NCBI GenBank assembly: GCA_965153285.1
Contig: OZ229110.1
DNA: 64,000 bases
Origin: Podarcis tiliguerta
Taxonomy: Eukaryota
Strand: one strand, 5' to 3'
The notes under the pieces are model-generated. The model saw only the letters and a program-made list of their open reading frames with translations. It was not told where the DNA came from and ran no database searches. Positions 27,149 through 39,468 of the stretch are shown piece after piece (the first letter of the stretch is position 1; each line of letters starts with the position of its first letter). Made by a program: the position numbers and the translations under genes.

Positions 27149-27552
27149 ACCATAAAGAAGGCTGATCGCCGAAGAATTGACGCTTTTGAATTATGGTGCT
27201 GGAGGAGACTCTTGAGAGTCCCATGGACTGCAAGAAGATCAAACACATCCATTCTTAAGGAAATCAGCCCTGAGTGCTCACTGGAAGGACAGATCGTGAA
27301 GCTGAGGCTCCAATACTTTGGCCACCTCATGAGAAGAGAAGACTCCCTGGAAAAGACCCTGATGTTGGGAAAGATGGAGGGCACAAGAAGAAGGGGACGA
27401 CAGAGGACAAGATGATTGGATAGTGTTCTCGAAGCTACAAACATGAGTTTGCCCAAACTGCGGGAGGCAGTGGAAGACAGGAGTGCCTGGCGTGCTCTGG
27501 TCCACGGGGTCACAAAGAGTCAGACACGACTGAATGACTAAACAACAACAAC
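27149..27552 (+). mobile_element. BovB (RTE) LINE 3' fragment with 11-bp TSD
   Basis: TIKKADRRRIDAFELWCWRRLLRVPWTARRSN...QYFGHLMRREDSLEKTLMLGK; (CAA)n tail; TSD ATGTGGAGCAG at 27138-27148 and 27553-27563. Confidence 0.93.
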
Positions 27553-27761
27553 ATGTGGAGCAGGGGAAGCTGTTCTGCAGCTTTGCAGACGGTTCCCTCA
27601 CTTCAGAGGCCAAACATATTCAAAACTTGTTACCCATTCCTCTTTCACTAACCGTTAACTTGGAAGGATATCCGTCCAGAAGCTTGCAGCGGTTCTATGC
27701 AACACTTCCAGAGTTTCTCTGCTATGAAGTCTCTGCTATGGTGTCTCCGTTAGGATTCTTT

Positions 27762-27842
27762 AGCTGAGATTCCTGCAACGCAGGGGGTTGGACTAGATGA
27801 CTCTTACAGTTCCCTTACAGTTCTACAATTCTACGATTCTAA
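27762..27842 (+). mobile_element. CR1 3' terminus fragment
   Basis: GCAGGGGGTTGGACTAGATGA...TTCTACAATTCTACGATTCTA. Confidence 0.65.
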
Positions 27843-28214
27843 GTCTTGCAATGCAGAGAAAGAAGAAACTTCATATGCTAGCTGGCCTCCTGCTAGGCCA
27901 AGCTTTTAATTCAGAAGCTTTAGTTTTTCTGAAGAAATACCAAAACAAAAAACTACACAGTGTGATTTGCTTTGTAGGGACACTTCATGGCCCCATTACT
28001 CGCCATAATTTATTGTTGCTGGAATTTTTTTGGGTTGTATTCAATCATAGTCCTTTATGTCCATTGAATTTAGGACTCACTTAGGTTCATTCATTTCAAT
28101 GGGTCTGTTCTGAGCAGGGGCAATGTGTCCTAATTCGCTACATGATGGAAAGTGCCACTTTGCCCTGCTGCTGCCGCTCCCACCCTCACCTCCCTGCTCC
28201 TGCTGTACCCCCTA

Positions 28215-29206
28215 TGTCCTGAACCATGGGGTAAAGGGAAAGGGAAAGGACCCCTGACAGTTAAGTCCGGTCACGAACAACTCTGGGGTTGCGGTGCTCA
28301 TCTCGCTTTATTGGCCGAGGGAGTCGGCGTACAGCTTCTGGGTCATGTGGCCAGCATGACTAAGCCGCTTCCGGCGAACCAGAGCAGCGCACCGAAACAC
28401 CGTTTACCTTCCCGCCGGAGCAGTACCTATTTATCTACTTGCACTTTGATGTGCTTCAAACTGATAGGTTGGCAGGAGCTGGGACTGAACAACAGGAGCT
28501 CACCCCGTCATGAGGATTCGAACCGCCAACCTTCCAATCGGCAAGCCCTAGGCTCTGTGGTTTAGACCAAAGTGCCACCCAAGTCCCACTGCTGTACACA
28601 AGGACATGGCAGATGCTAGCATGTAGTCTAGTAGGCTAATGAGTCCAGAGTCCAGTCAGGCCAGGTTCTCAGCTCTGCAGCTGATCCAGGGATCAGGGCA
28701 CCTGGAGATCAGTCCCATACACCCAGTCGTGATCTAACCAACATGGGCAGTTGAGGAGACACAGCACCTCAGCTCTGCTTGCCTTTGGTACTTTGCCTGC
28801 TGATTGCAGCACCTGGGTTTGATGAGGCATGTGATCCTCACCTGTTCCAAGCCTACTCCAGCTGATGAATCACATACCTCCTCCCAGAGCTAGCGAGCCT
28901 CACCTGGTCAGCTAGGCTGTGGGCCCCTGCCTGCCCCAGCTTCCTAGAGAGTTCCTCCCACTGCTCCCTATGCTCCTCAGAGCCCACTGCGTTCATGGAG
29001 ACAGGGGACCCTCTGGCTCTGGTGATGGGTCCTGCTGCTCTGGTTCCTGTGCACTGACCCCCATCCCCTCACCATTCTCCGTCCTTCCGTGAGTATTTTC
29101 TACAACAACTTCTCCATCCCCAGCTTGCCCTGGTGTGTCCCAGTCACGATGACACCCCTCCCTGGGATCCTCTTCCTCCCCCCCGCTGCTCTGTCAGTTC
29201 ATGACA
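28215..29206. mobile_element. Probable Gypsy-type solo LTR interrupted by a Sauria SINE
   Basis: Terminal inverted 10-mers TGTCCTGAAC / GTTCATGACA (9 of 10 match); 5-bp flanks CCCTA / CCGTA. Confidence 0.55.
28230..28587 (-). mobile_element. Sauria SINE, full length
   Basis: GGTAAAGG tail, conserved core, reverse-complement B-box GGATTCGAACC. Confidence 0.88.
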
Positions 29207-31331
29207 CCGTACCACATCTGCCACTGCCAGAGAAGCAACGCTGCCATTGGCATGGGTTTTGGGTGAGGTATTGCCCCAAATCATGCATGCTCCACAAGAT
29301 CTCACGTGGTTTCGGATGAGAGCTCTCTCTGAATGGACACAATCTTGCTGAAAATTGGCACCAATTGTGGCAGCACTTCTCCGCCAATGGCGGAAGCAGT
29401 GGGGCAGTTGGGGCACCCTGGAGAGCTTCTGCCGCCTGAAGCAGAGGCCTCACCCTGCCTTATGGTTGTACCGGCTCCGGTTCCACTTCGTGGAATATCA
29501 CCCACATTTTTTTCCTTGGCCATGCGCAAGCAGAGAACATGGAAAGCTAGCCTTCAGTTTTTCCACATTGGAGTCTATTGTGGATTTGAAGCTGCTTCTG
29601 TTTCTTGTGTGTATTGTTGTTTTTGCGGCATTCACATGGCATCCTCCTCACCCAAAAGGCAGTCTGTGCTTGCCTACTATTAAATTTGGATTTTTGCAAT
29701 ACATGGACAATCTGATAAGGGAAGAAAACTCAATATAAAAGCACATTACCTGGCTGTGTATGCACTGAGTTGCATTGTGTGGGCAGGTTTTTTAATGTGT
29801 ATGGTAACTGCTGGGCGCCATCAATCACGACACCCCATACCTCCATTTTGTTTCTAAAGGAAGGGATGTAGCCTGCCTTTTCCCATTGGTTGTTGCTGAA
29901 GGGAGGTGAGCAGTATTTTTATTTTTAACAGCTCTTTCTCACAGAACTGCTCTTGCACAAAACAAATATATTAAAAATAAAAATAACATCCACCCCTAAA
30001 AATACAGGAGGCAGGAGAGGACAAAGGAAGTAAAGGAAGTGGCAACCTTTCCTGTGAGCAATGGTAAATTCTTCCCTGCCTTGTGGAAACACACATTTTA
30101 AAAGTGCTTTTTTTGTGGCAAATTTGGTATATCACAATAACTCGTATTTCAAAAAGAAAATTTAAATGGGTACACACATACACACACGTGCATGCCCACA
30201 CCAGAATTTAGGTCTCCTGTCTTGGGATTATTATTATTTTATCTGCTCTTTTGTGTAAATATTGTAGACTGAAAAACTTGTATTTCAAAAATACCTTTAA
30301 AAAAATGTATTGGCCATAATGGACCTCAAATTTCTGTAAGTTGTGTTGGGCTGGGAAGTGCTAACTGAAGGGAGGGGCAACAACACACAGTGCAAATGCA
30401 CCCCACAAAGTATACTTGATAGATTTCAGAGGCATAAACTTGAAAACACACATGCACACATGGAATCAATGACGCCTGCAGAGCCCAAGGTAGAGTCAGA
30501 CCCAGCTCAGTACTGTCTACTTTGACTGGCAGTGGCTCTTTCAGGTGGGGGTCTCCCCACTCCTGCCTGATGCTGCTGGGATTGACCCTGATGCTCAACC
30601 ACTGGGCTCCTTCCTCTTTCTTTTCGAATGAGGTGTGGATCATGGCTGCACAGATCTCCTGGGAATTCATTAAAGCCTAATCGTAGTTGTGTCAACTTTA
30701 CAGCTCGAGATGTCGCCGTATTTCACAGAAAAGCCCTTGGCATTCTCCCTGTGCCTCAGACCCGCTCCGTTTTCCTCCTTCAAAAGGGCAACAGCCTTGA
30801 CATGTGCTGCATTTCAGCCACTGGGTGGCGCAGCCTACTGCATCATTGCATAGTGCAATAGCTCCCCCACCCCTCTCGTTTTTGTGTCTAAGCTTGGCTG
30901 CTATAATGTAGAAGAGAGAGTTTTGTTACAGAAAGTATTATGAGGAACTAGGAGTCGAAACCGTCATGTAGCGCCCAGATAACCCACCTGTGGCAAACGT
31001 GTCAGCAGAAGAATGGGCAGTGAGGGCTAGTGCCACACCTGTTGGCCTCTTATGCGATGTGATGCTGTGTGGATCCTGGCTCTGTAGCCTAGAAGGACCC
31101 TGATCTTTCTTTGGGGGAATTTGTTCAGCAGTTAGTTAGATATATCACCTCTCCTTCTGATAAACATGATAAACTTGCACAGGGCTTTCTCGCAGCCGGA
31201 ACTCAGGTGGGTGCCGTTGCCATTATAAGAGAGTTCCAGCTCCTCTTTTTCTAGAAAAATAGCACTGTCTAGAGGAGCTATGTCCCCAAACATAAAAGCA
31301 GGGAAATAAGTTGGGTGTGATCTCTATGATA

Positions 31332-31565
31332 CAGTGGTACCTTGGGTTACAGATGCTTCAGATTACAGACGCTTCAGGTCCACTAACCCAGAAATATTAC
31401 CTTGAGTTAAGAACTTTGCTTCAGGATGATAACAGAAATTGTGCAGTGGCGGTGCAGCAGCAGCAGGAGGCCCCATTAGCTAAAGTGGTGTTTCAGGTTA
31501 AGAACAGTTTCAGGTTACGAACGGACCTCCGGAACAAATTAAGTTCTTAATCCGAGGTACCACTG
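31332..31565. mobile_element. Tc1/mariner (Tigger-like) MITE, opposite orientation to the 26620 copy
   Basis: Same TIRs; TA/CA flanks. Confidence 0.82.
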
Positions 31566-31749
31566 CATAGCTAACGGGCCTTTGTGACTTTGCCTGACAC
31601 ATCCCTGCTGGTTTGGGGATATAGCTCTGTGTGTGTGTTTGTGCACACATGCACACAGGCCCTAGCACACTGAGCGCAAGAATTCTCACAGTCTGCTATG
31701 CCAGTGGATATGACTGTGGTGTCTGAGTGTGTATTACGTCGGGAGCAGG

Positions 31750-31939
31750 CAGGGGTGTCAACTTGAATAAAAAATTGGGGAAGTCCATGTAAGACCCGCC
31801 CCGCGTAATCGATCACATGACACATGTATGCATACCATTTTAATGACTATGCCTATCAACGGGGGGGGGGGCTGGGACCCTCAGACATTTTGGGGGGGGG
31901 GGTGGAAGACCCCTCAGACCCTAGGAGTTGGCTCCTATT
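31750..31939 (+). mobile_element. hAT-like MITE; second copy at 38890-39049
   Basis: Both copies start CAGGGGTGTCA.CTTGAATAAAA and end CTAGGAGTTG..TCCTAT; imperfect 8-bp flanks GGAGCAGG / AAAGCAGG. Confidence 0.6.
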
Positions 31940-33205
31940 AAAGCAGGGATGTGCAACTATCAGTTTCGGTTTCTCTTAAATTCAGTTCTCTACATTTCTG
32001 CATCAATTTACCTTTTGTTTTATGTCCCCATGAAAAGTCATCTGTGAACTTATCCTAATAAACACTTTCCCCCCGAAACCATTTCCCTTATTCAATGCAC
32101 TTTTGTATTATTTTCCCTCACTAAAGATGCATTTTTGTACACATGGCTTGGCTTGAGAACTGCACTGCAAAATTCGTAGAGATGTGAATTTCTAAGGGTG
32201 GCTGTGTTTCGGTTCATGTACAGTTTTTGGAAATCGATTCACCTTTAAATGCAAACTGCACAGAACTTCTCCCATCCCTCCTCAGGATGTGGGTGGTGTC
32301 AGGCTTCCAAAGCTGCAAGTCGAAAAGCCACATGGCATTATTCTGAGTTCTCTTGTGGGAGTCCGTGCTGTAGACAGTCTTGGGAAATGAGCCCAGAGTG
32401 GATTGCTTTTCAAACAGTCTGGGCTACACCTGTATTTTGCCCAACTTCACCACTGTTGTACTTTCCTACTCAGTTGTTAATATGAAAAAAAGAGACAAAG
32501 GTAATCAATGTGTTAAAAAAACACACACCACAATGCAATTTCTTTCAATGAATCCTTCACTGATGAGCTCCTAATGAGACTGACCTTTAGAAGCCAATTA
32601 GCCTCGGTAAAACAGCATAATCACATTTAAATAATGCTTTTTCTTTATCCAAATGAAGCTCTTTGTCATTATGCAAGTTTAAAGAGCACAAGCTACCTAA
32701 TTGTTCCACGCATGGAGGTCTGTTACCCTCCTGGGCTGAGCAAGCCACTAGGTGGTCACAGCAAAATGAAATCAGAGAGGACAGATGCCGAGTCTGATTG
32801 GAGACGGGTTTCTTAAGTTAATTTTGATCTGCTCTGGTTCCACTCTCTAAAGAGATGTGGGAAAGAGACTTGGTCACATCAGGCTCATTGCCAAATTAAA
32901 AAAGATTTGTCCTTAGCATCTTTGTACTGGGCAAGGGATGAGGAACCTGTGGTCCTCCAGGTGTTGATGGATGCAGCTCACAGCATCCCTGCCTGTTGCC
33001 CAGGCTGGGGGGGGGGGAGGGGGGCAAACAGGGCTGGAGCCCACCATCATTTGGAGAGCCATGAGTTAGCCATTGCTGCTCTACAGAGAACACTCATTGT
33101 ACAAGTTGTTGTATAAAATCTACGGTAGAAGCTGCAAAGGGAAAAATAATACAAAAGTGCATTGAATACGGGAAATTTCACAGAACCTGCAAACAACCTG
33201 TAATC

Positions 33206-33691
33206 ACGGAATTTTTCCGTGTATGACGAGGTTTTTTATTTTAAAATTATGTAAAATAAAATTAGGGGTCGTCTTATACACGGATAGTGCAGAGGGTGGA
33301 AAGGCGATTGGTTGCTGCCGTGAGCAGGAGATTGTCAGCGGCGATAGGGCGGGTGATTGGTGGCTGGGGCAAGGGCTGCTGTTGATAGGCTGGCACTGCA
33401 GCAATTGGGCAGGCGATTGGTGGTTGCTGGCGGCGAGTGGGCAGTTGATTGGTGGCTTTGCCGGCACTTGCTATTGTCAGCGTTGGTTAGTCGGGTGAGT
33501 GATTTTAAGCAACCCCCCCCCCCCAAAGCTGAAAAAAGCTCAACAACTCTGGAGGCAATCCTCCCCCCCCAAAAAAAAGATTAACAACTCTTGGCAATCT
33601 CCCCCCCCCCCCCGCCATTTTCTTAATTTGGAGTACCCAAAAATAGGGGGCGTCTTATACATGGGGGCGTGTTATACACAGAAAAATATGG
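33206..33691. mobile_element. Tc2/pogo-like non-autonomous DNA transposon
   Basis: Imperfect TIRs CGGAATTTTTCCGTGTAT / ATACACAGAAAAATATGG; subterminal GGGG.CGTCTTATAC repeats. Confidence 0.65.
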
Positions 33692-33898
33692 TATTTTAAA
33701 TAAAAGACTGCATCTTCAGGGCTTAGTTCCACCGAGTACTGAATGCTCTTATCTGCACACGTGAATCAAGAGCACACAGAGTCCAGTTTTTGCTCACAAT
33801 TAAGCTTACTTTGTCACTTTTGCCTTTAACCATGATACCCCCACCCTCAGGGTGTGTTGTAGATGCTTATTATCTGTCTTTTAATGATTAAAGATTAT

Positions 33899-34211
33899 TC
33901 ATATCCTGAAGGAGCGTCTCCACCCCCATCGCTCAGCCTGGACACTGAGGTCCAGCGCTGAGGGCCTTCTGGTGGTTCCCTCACTGTGAAAAGCAAAGCT
34001 ACAGGGAACCAGGCAGAGGGCCTTCTCGGTAGTGGCACCCGCCCTGTGGAACGCCCTCCCATCAGATGTCAAAGAAATAAACAATTTAGAAGACATTTGA
34101 AGGCAGCCCTGTTTAGGGAAGTTTTTAATGACTGATGTTTTAAGGTACTTTGTTGGAAGCCACCCAGAGTGGTTTCGAAAACCCAGCCAGATAGGAGGGG
34201 TATAAATAATA

Positions 34212-34243
<32 letters not shown>
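33899..34243 (+). mobile_element. L2-type LINE 3' end with (TAT)n tail
   Basis: Encodes RAFSVVAPALWNALP, a typical L2 ORF2 end, then 3' UTR and microsatellite tail. Confidence 0.8.
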
Positions 34244-34245
<2 letters not shown>

Positions 34246-34261
34246 CCTGCTGTTGCAGATA

Positions 34262-34712
34262 AGAGAGCCAACTGGGTGTAGTGATTAAAGTGCAGGGCTG
34301 TAGCTAGGGGGGGTGAGGTGGGCCCCCACCAGGGGTGCAGGCGACTGGGGGGCGCAAAATCGGCTAAAAAAATATGTCCATAAATATAAATATTGATTAT
34401 TGCCTCATAAGAAATGGTTTTATGAATGGGTGGAGGGGGGGTTGGAGGAGAGGCAGAAAGAAGAGCTAATTTGTCTGTGGCTAGGGGGTGCAATTTGGAT
34501 GGTTCTGCCAGGGATGCAAGATCACCTAGCTGCAGCTCTGTTAAAGCGTCAGACTAGGGTTCAAATCCATGGAACTGACTGGGTGACCTTGAGCCAATCA
34601 CTATCTCTCACTCTAACCTACCTTACAGGGTACCTGGGGGAATGAAATGAGGTGGAGAAACATGTGCTTCACCTTGAACTCCATGGAGGAAAGGTGGCCT
34701 ATAAAATGTAAG
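34262..34712 (+). mobile_element. tRNA-head CORE-type SINE split by a hAT MITE
   Basis: A-box-like GGTGTAGTGATTAAAG before the insertion; GGTTCAAATCC...GGGTGACCTTGAGCCAATCAC after it. Confidence 0.5.
34293..34540. mobile_element. hAT MITE with 8-bp TSD
   Basis: TIRs CAGGGCTGTAGCTAGG / CCTAGCTGCAGCTCTG; TSD TTAAAGTG (34285-34292) / TTAAAGCG (34541-34548). Confidence 0.8.
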
Positions 34713-36827
34713 GAACATATAATAATGAACAAAATCTTAACATCGCTACCGGTGAATACTTGGCCAGCCCAGACTAATCTCTGTGGAAAGGGTCATGGCT
34801 CATATGGCCTAGAAAGAGTCCTCAGCTGATTTTAAAGGTCACAGAAGGTCACAGAGAGGGCCATGGTCTCTGGGGATGTCATTCTGAATACTGAAGTACA
34901 CTCCAGCGTTATTATTTTATTCTGGATTTCCCAACACATTCCTGAAATGGCGGATCCACCCAGTCCTGCCATTCATCCAGATTTTAACTAGGCTTAGAGA
35001 GCATAGCTTGCCCCAAGTCATCTATGGAATTCAAGCCTTTGAGTCCAGGTCTGTTGGAATCAGGAATACAGGAGCCCATGCTGAGTTAGGCCGTGGGTCC
35101 ATATAGCTTAGTATTGTCTACACTGACCGGTAGCAGCTGTGTAGGGTTTCACACAGGGTTCACAGCCTGACCTGGGACCTGCTGCAATACTCTTGCTAGT
35201 AGGCCACACCATTTATGCTTTTCCAGGCCACGTGTTACATTGGCATTGTGTTACTTGCTCATTCCTTGACCATCCTTAAGACTCACACTAGACCACATCT
35301 GCCTTCACCTCAGCTTTTGCCCAAACAACCTGAGCATCTTGTGGATACCTCCAGGTCCTGCAGAGCTGTTTCTTTCCCACTTGAGCCAGAGACTCAGGGG
35401 CAAGAAGAATGGTTGTTCCTGCTAATGCCTCCAAACACATTCTGCTAACAGTTTGGGGGACAAAGAGCTGGGGTGGCGTTCTTTGAGAAATCTCCCCAAG
35501 CATGATGGCATGATAAGAGCAAGTCCTTCTGTCTTCTGCTTCCTCCTTTCATGGCTATAAGGAAATTTGACCCTAAAGGGTGAAGCAACAAGGGCGCAAT
35601 GAAAGAGATGGGGGTGGCGTGAGGCTGCCATAGTGCCCATTGCATCCGAAAAGAAATGATGCAACAGCAGTCAAGTCCCATCCTGTTTCCTTCCTCCAGC
35701 TGGGATAGTGCAGAAAAATCTGAAACTTGAAGCAGGCACACAGAGGAAGGTGACTCATTTGAATGGGGTGTATTAATACTTAATAAATGTGTCATCCATA
35801 ATAAATAAGAACTAGCCCACCCACAAGGGCACCAACTGCTCATGAATACCAACGGGAAGCAAAAACAATCCCAGAGGAGCTGATCTGATGGTGCCCTTTC
35901 AGGGGAGGAAAGAAAGATGATGGCTCTAACATTGTAATTGTACAGAAAATAATTAGCGGAGAAACAAAAGGTGCACACACTTCTAACCACTGTTCTAGGC
36001 TTCCCAACAAACACCCCACCGCCACCGCCAAGTCTAGGAAACCTGTGCTTCTATCTGAAAAGTGGCACCTTGGTAAAGTGATTCATGATCTGGTCATGTC
36101 CAGACTAGACTACGTAGGCTACCTTTAAAAGACGGTTCAGAAATCTCAGGTGGTCTACAATGCAGCTACCAGAGACTTCTTGGAGCAGCCAGTCATGTAA
36201 ATTCTCATTTCTCCACAGCACTTAAAAGTGTTTAACTGGACTGTGCGCAGCAAATTTTCCCTCCAGATATTTTACAAGTATTATGTATTCCTCACTACAG
36301 CATGTTTCTTTATTATCTCTGTGTGCACATTCCCCCCAGAACTCCAAATACAAAGGCACTGTGGCAGTTTAATCTCTGTTTGCCAATCACTGAAAACCTG
36401 ACAGGCATTTCCAGAGGGAACTGTGCGCATTGAACTGTAGCTCCTGCTACAACAGTACTGAGATTTTCATAGGAAGACAAGAAAGCAGTTTATCTGATGG
36501 TTCTGAGCTTCTCCAAAGAATAATAAGGGAGCAACTCCTCCCTGCAATCTTAGGATGCAACAGAATGTTAAGTATGGAAGAAATTTAATACAGAGGTGAA
36601 GGAACTTTCTTATCTGTATTCCTCCTGCAGTCCTTCAGATCTTAGTTCCCCCTACTTCACACACATAGTAAACCCATCTCTTTCTGAACATGTTCTCTCT
36701 CTTTCCGATCTTCTGATTTTGCCTCTCTTGCTTTGTAATTTCCCTGCCTCATCAGTGGAGCCACCTGAAAAAGATACAGCAGGGATCAGCAAAGCAGATT
36801 CTGAGAGAGCTCTCTTTCTCAAACATT

Positions 36828-37234
36828 TGTTTAGTTGTTTAGTCGTTTAGTCGTGTCCGACTCTTCGTGACCCCATGGACCAGAGCACGCCAGGCACTCC
36901 TGTTTTCCACTGCCTCCCGCAGTTTGGTCAAACTCATGCTGGTAGCTTCAAGAACACTGTCTAACCATCTCGTCCTCTGTCGTCCCCTTCTCCTTGTGCC
37001 CTCCACCTTTCCCAACATCAGGGTCTTTTCCAGGGAGTCTTCTCTTCTCATGAGGTGGCCAAAGTATTGGAGCCTCAGCTTCACGATCTGTCCTTCCAGT
37101 AAGCACTCAGGGCTGATTTCCTTAAGAATGGATGCGTTTGATCTTCTTGCAGTCCATGGGACTCTCAAGAGTCTCCTCCAGCACCATAATTCAAAAGCAT
37201 CAATTCTTCGGCATCTGCCTTCTTTATGGTCCAC
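36828..37234 (-). mobile_element. BovB LINE 3' fragment
   Basis: Minus-strand ORF RRIDAFELWCWRRLLRVPWTARRSN...HGVTKSRTRLND; possible TSD CTCTTT(C)(T/C)CAAAC at 36812-36824 and 37235-37247. Confidence 0.92.
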
Positions 37235-39468
37235 CTCTTTCCCAAACCAAAACATTTTAATATTTCATGTTTGCACCCAAATCCTAAATATATTTACTCA
37301 GAGGAAAGTGAAAAAAAATGATTTCCAGAAGATATACAACAAAGTAAATACATTAAGGGCAGTAGTCTTACTTAAAAGCTGCTTTGGATGGGATTTGCCC
37401 AGAAAAGTGGCATATAAATATGTTTTGGATTGAGCTGTGGTGCTTCAGTGCTGTCAGAAATGTGTCTGACCTCCACAATTGAGCCACTGAACCAGCTGGC
37501 ATACCAGGGTTCTGCCTAAGCCCCTTTTCTCCCTCTGTATTTTTTGCTCCTTACACCAGCAGTGCTCCACTGGCACAGGGGTGTCCCTTTCTTAGTGTTT
37601 ATTCCCCAAGCACTACCACTGTTCTACCACGCCGGGTTCTGCAAGCATAAGAGCAGTGAAGGGCTGGAATGAAGAAGATGGAGAAGACAATTGCTCCAGA
37701 TAAAAAACAAGAACTGATAGTTGGAAATTGCAGATAATCGGATCTCTGCTAAATGTTAGCAGAAACGTAAGAGATGTTTGACAGCTCTTCCTGTCTCAGG
37801 AGGTAGAAGTTCCTCCTTCATTGGAAGTATTTGAGCAGAGACAGTGTCTGCCAAGGATGCTCTACTTTCAGATCCTTCATTGTGCTGTGGGTTGGACTAC
37901 CTCACCTCCAAGGTCCATTCCAGAACTATGATTCTATGACAGGAGTGAGTCTGACCCCATTCAGCAGGCGTAACTCAGGAAAAGAATCAGCCCACCAGCC
38001 GCTCATTATCACCACTGTCTCATGGTGACGAACTGTGATTGTGTTCCTCACGCTGACAACAATGCTTTTGTGAAACAAACTCATTCCAGATACATTCATC
38101 TGGTCCACAGCTTTTGTCCCTTCCCGTGTCCCCTGCTGCTGACAGAGTGTCTAAACATTTAATCATCCTGCCTTCTCTGGCAAAATATATGACTTGTCTA
38201 AGAGCAGGACTGATACATCTCTGTGTTGTCAGCAGCAGGGAGGAAGTCAATTGCGCTAGCTATTTGTCGGGAGGCTTCCTGTTCAGGGAACGTACCTGCT
38301 AACAATAGCAAGCTTGCTTCAAAACGTAATGCACGTATATGGTCCTCCGGCATTGTGCACCTCTGGGCACCTCTCTGAATGCTGCTTTCAGTTAAACCTT
38401 CTGCGTTTGTGGCAGTTGTTTTCTTCAGTTCAACTGAACTCACTGGCCTGTTACAGTCCCTGTTCTCTGAAAGAGGCCCACATGTATCTGACCCTATTTG
38501 TGAAGGTCACCTTCGCACCAGTGGCAATTTAGCAGCTGCTGGGTGTGTGTGGTGAGCAGTCCCACTGCCTCCTCATATTCTTAGTGAACCTGTGATGGGA
38601 ATCGTGATCTGAAGGATGACAGGCCTGGCCATACCATGAGACAGGCAGCGGCCTCGGGTGACAGGTATTGAGGGGCAGGAAGTGGACAGGCCTCTGTGTG
38701 CCCCCTAAGCAAACCTGATGCCCTTAGGGGCAGTGGAGGACGCTGTCCCATTGCCAGTGTCAAATGACAATTCAGTTGCCAGTCTGGTAGACTGAATGGG
38801 GGCAGAAGCCATCTTGTCCTTTGCTTCTGTCAGCAAAGTGTCTTGCACTGACCCTGCTCTGCTGACAGGCCAAGGGACTGTTCTAGAATCAGGGGTGTCA
38901 GCTTGAATAAAATATGGGTGGGGCATAATCGTTCACATAACACAGTACACATACACCATTTGAACGGCAATGCCCATCAACTTGGGGGGCAGCCCCCTCA
39001 AATATGGGGGGGGCAAAGAGACTGTGGCCTCTAGGAGTTGATTCCTATGTCTAACACAATTCTTTATGGGTCAGGCCTCTGGGGAATTTTAATTCAAACG
39101 TTCATATGATGTTATAAGAAATGAATTAGCATATAGAGACTTTCTGGAGTAGAAACCATAATTGAGCTCTGTATACTTCCTCAATTATGAGGCGAATGGG
39201 GGTGACTCAGGTGTGATTTTCACAGGCCCAAATTGGATTGTGCCGCTAAAATGGCGTCTCAAGTCAGTTCAGGGAATTCCTAAAGTCCCAAGACATTCTT
39301 TGGACTTGGGTACAAAACACAAAAATTGCTGCGTTGTTAAAGGGACCACTTTATTTTTATTTTTATTTTTTTGTAAAAGAGCAAAAGCAAGCTGACTAGG
39401 GAAACACACTGAGCAAGTGAGGAAGGGAGTGGGAGAGGTAGGGGAATCTTTCATTTTGACGGTGAGGT

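Noticed and set aside
27149-27552. BovB as a novel horizontal transfer or bovine contamination
   Set aside because: BovB is well known in squamates, and this copy has a TSD within lizard-type flanking sequence.
35445-36014. 189-aa minus-strand ORF
   Set aside because: No recognisable domain, no splice context and a non-ATG start; likely a chance ORF.
36867-37433. ORFs starting MTPWTRARQALL (also at 27016 and 52585)
   Set aside because: They are the antisense reading of BovB 3' fragments, not a host gene family.
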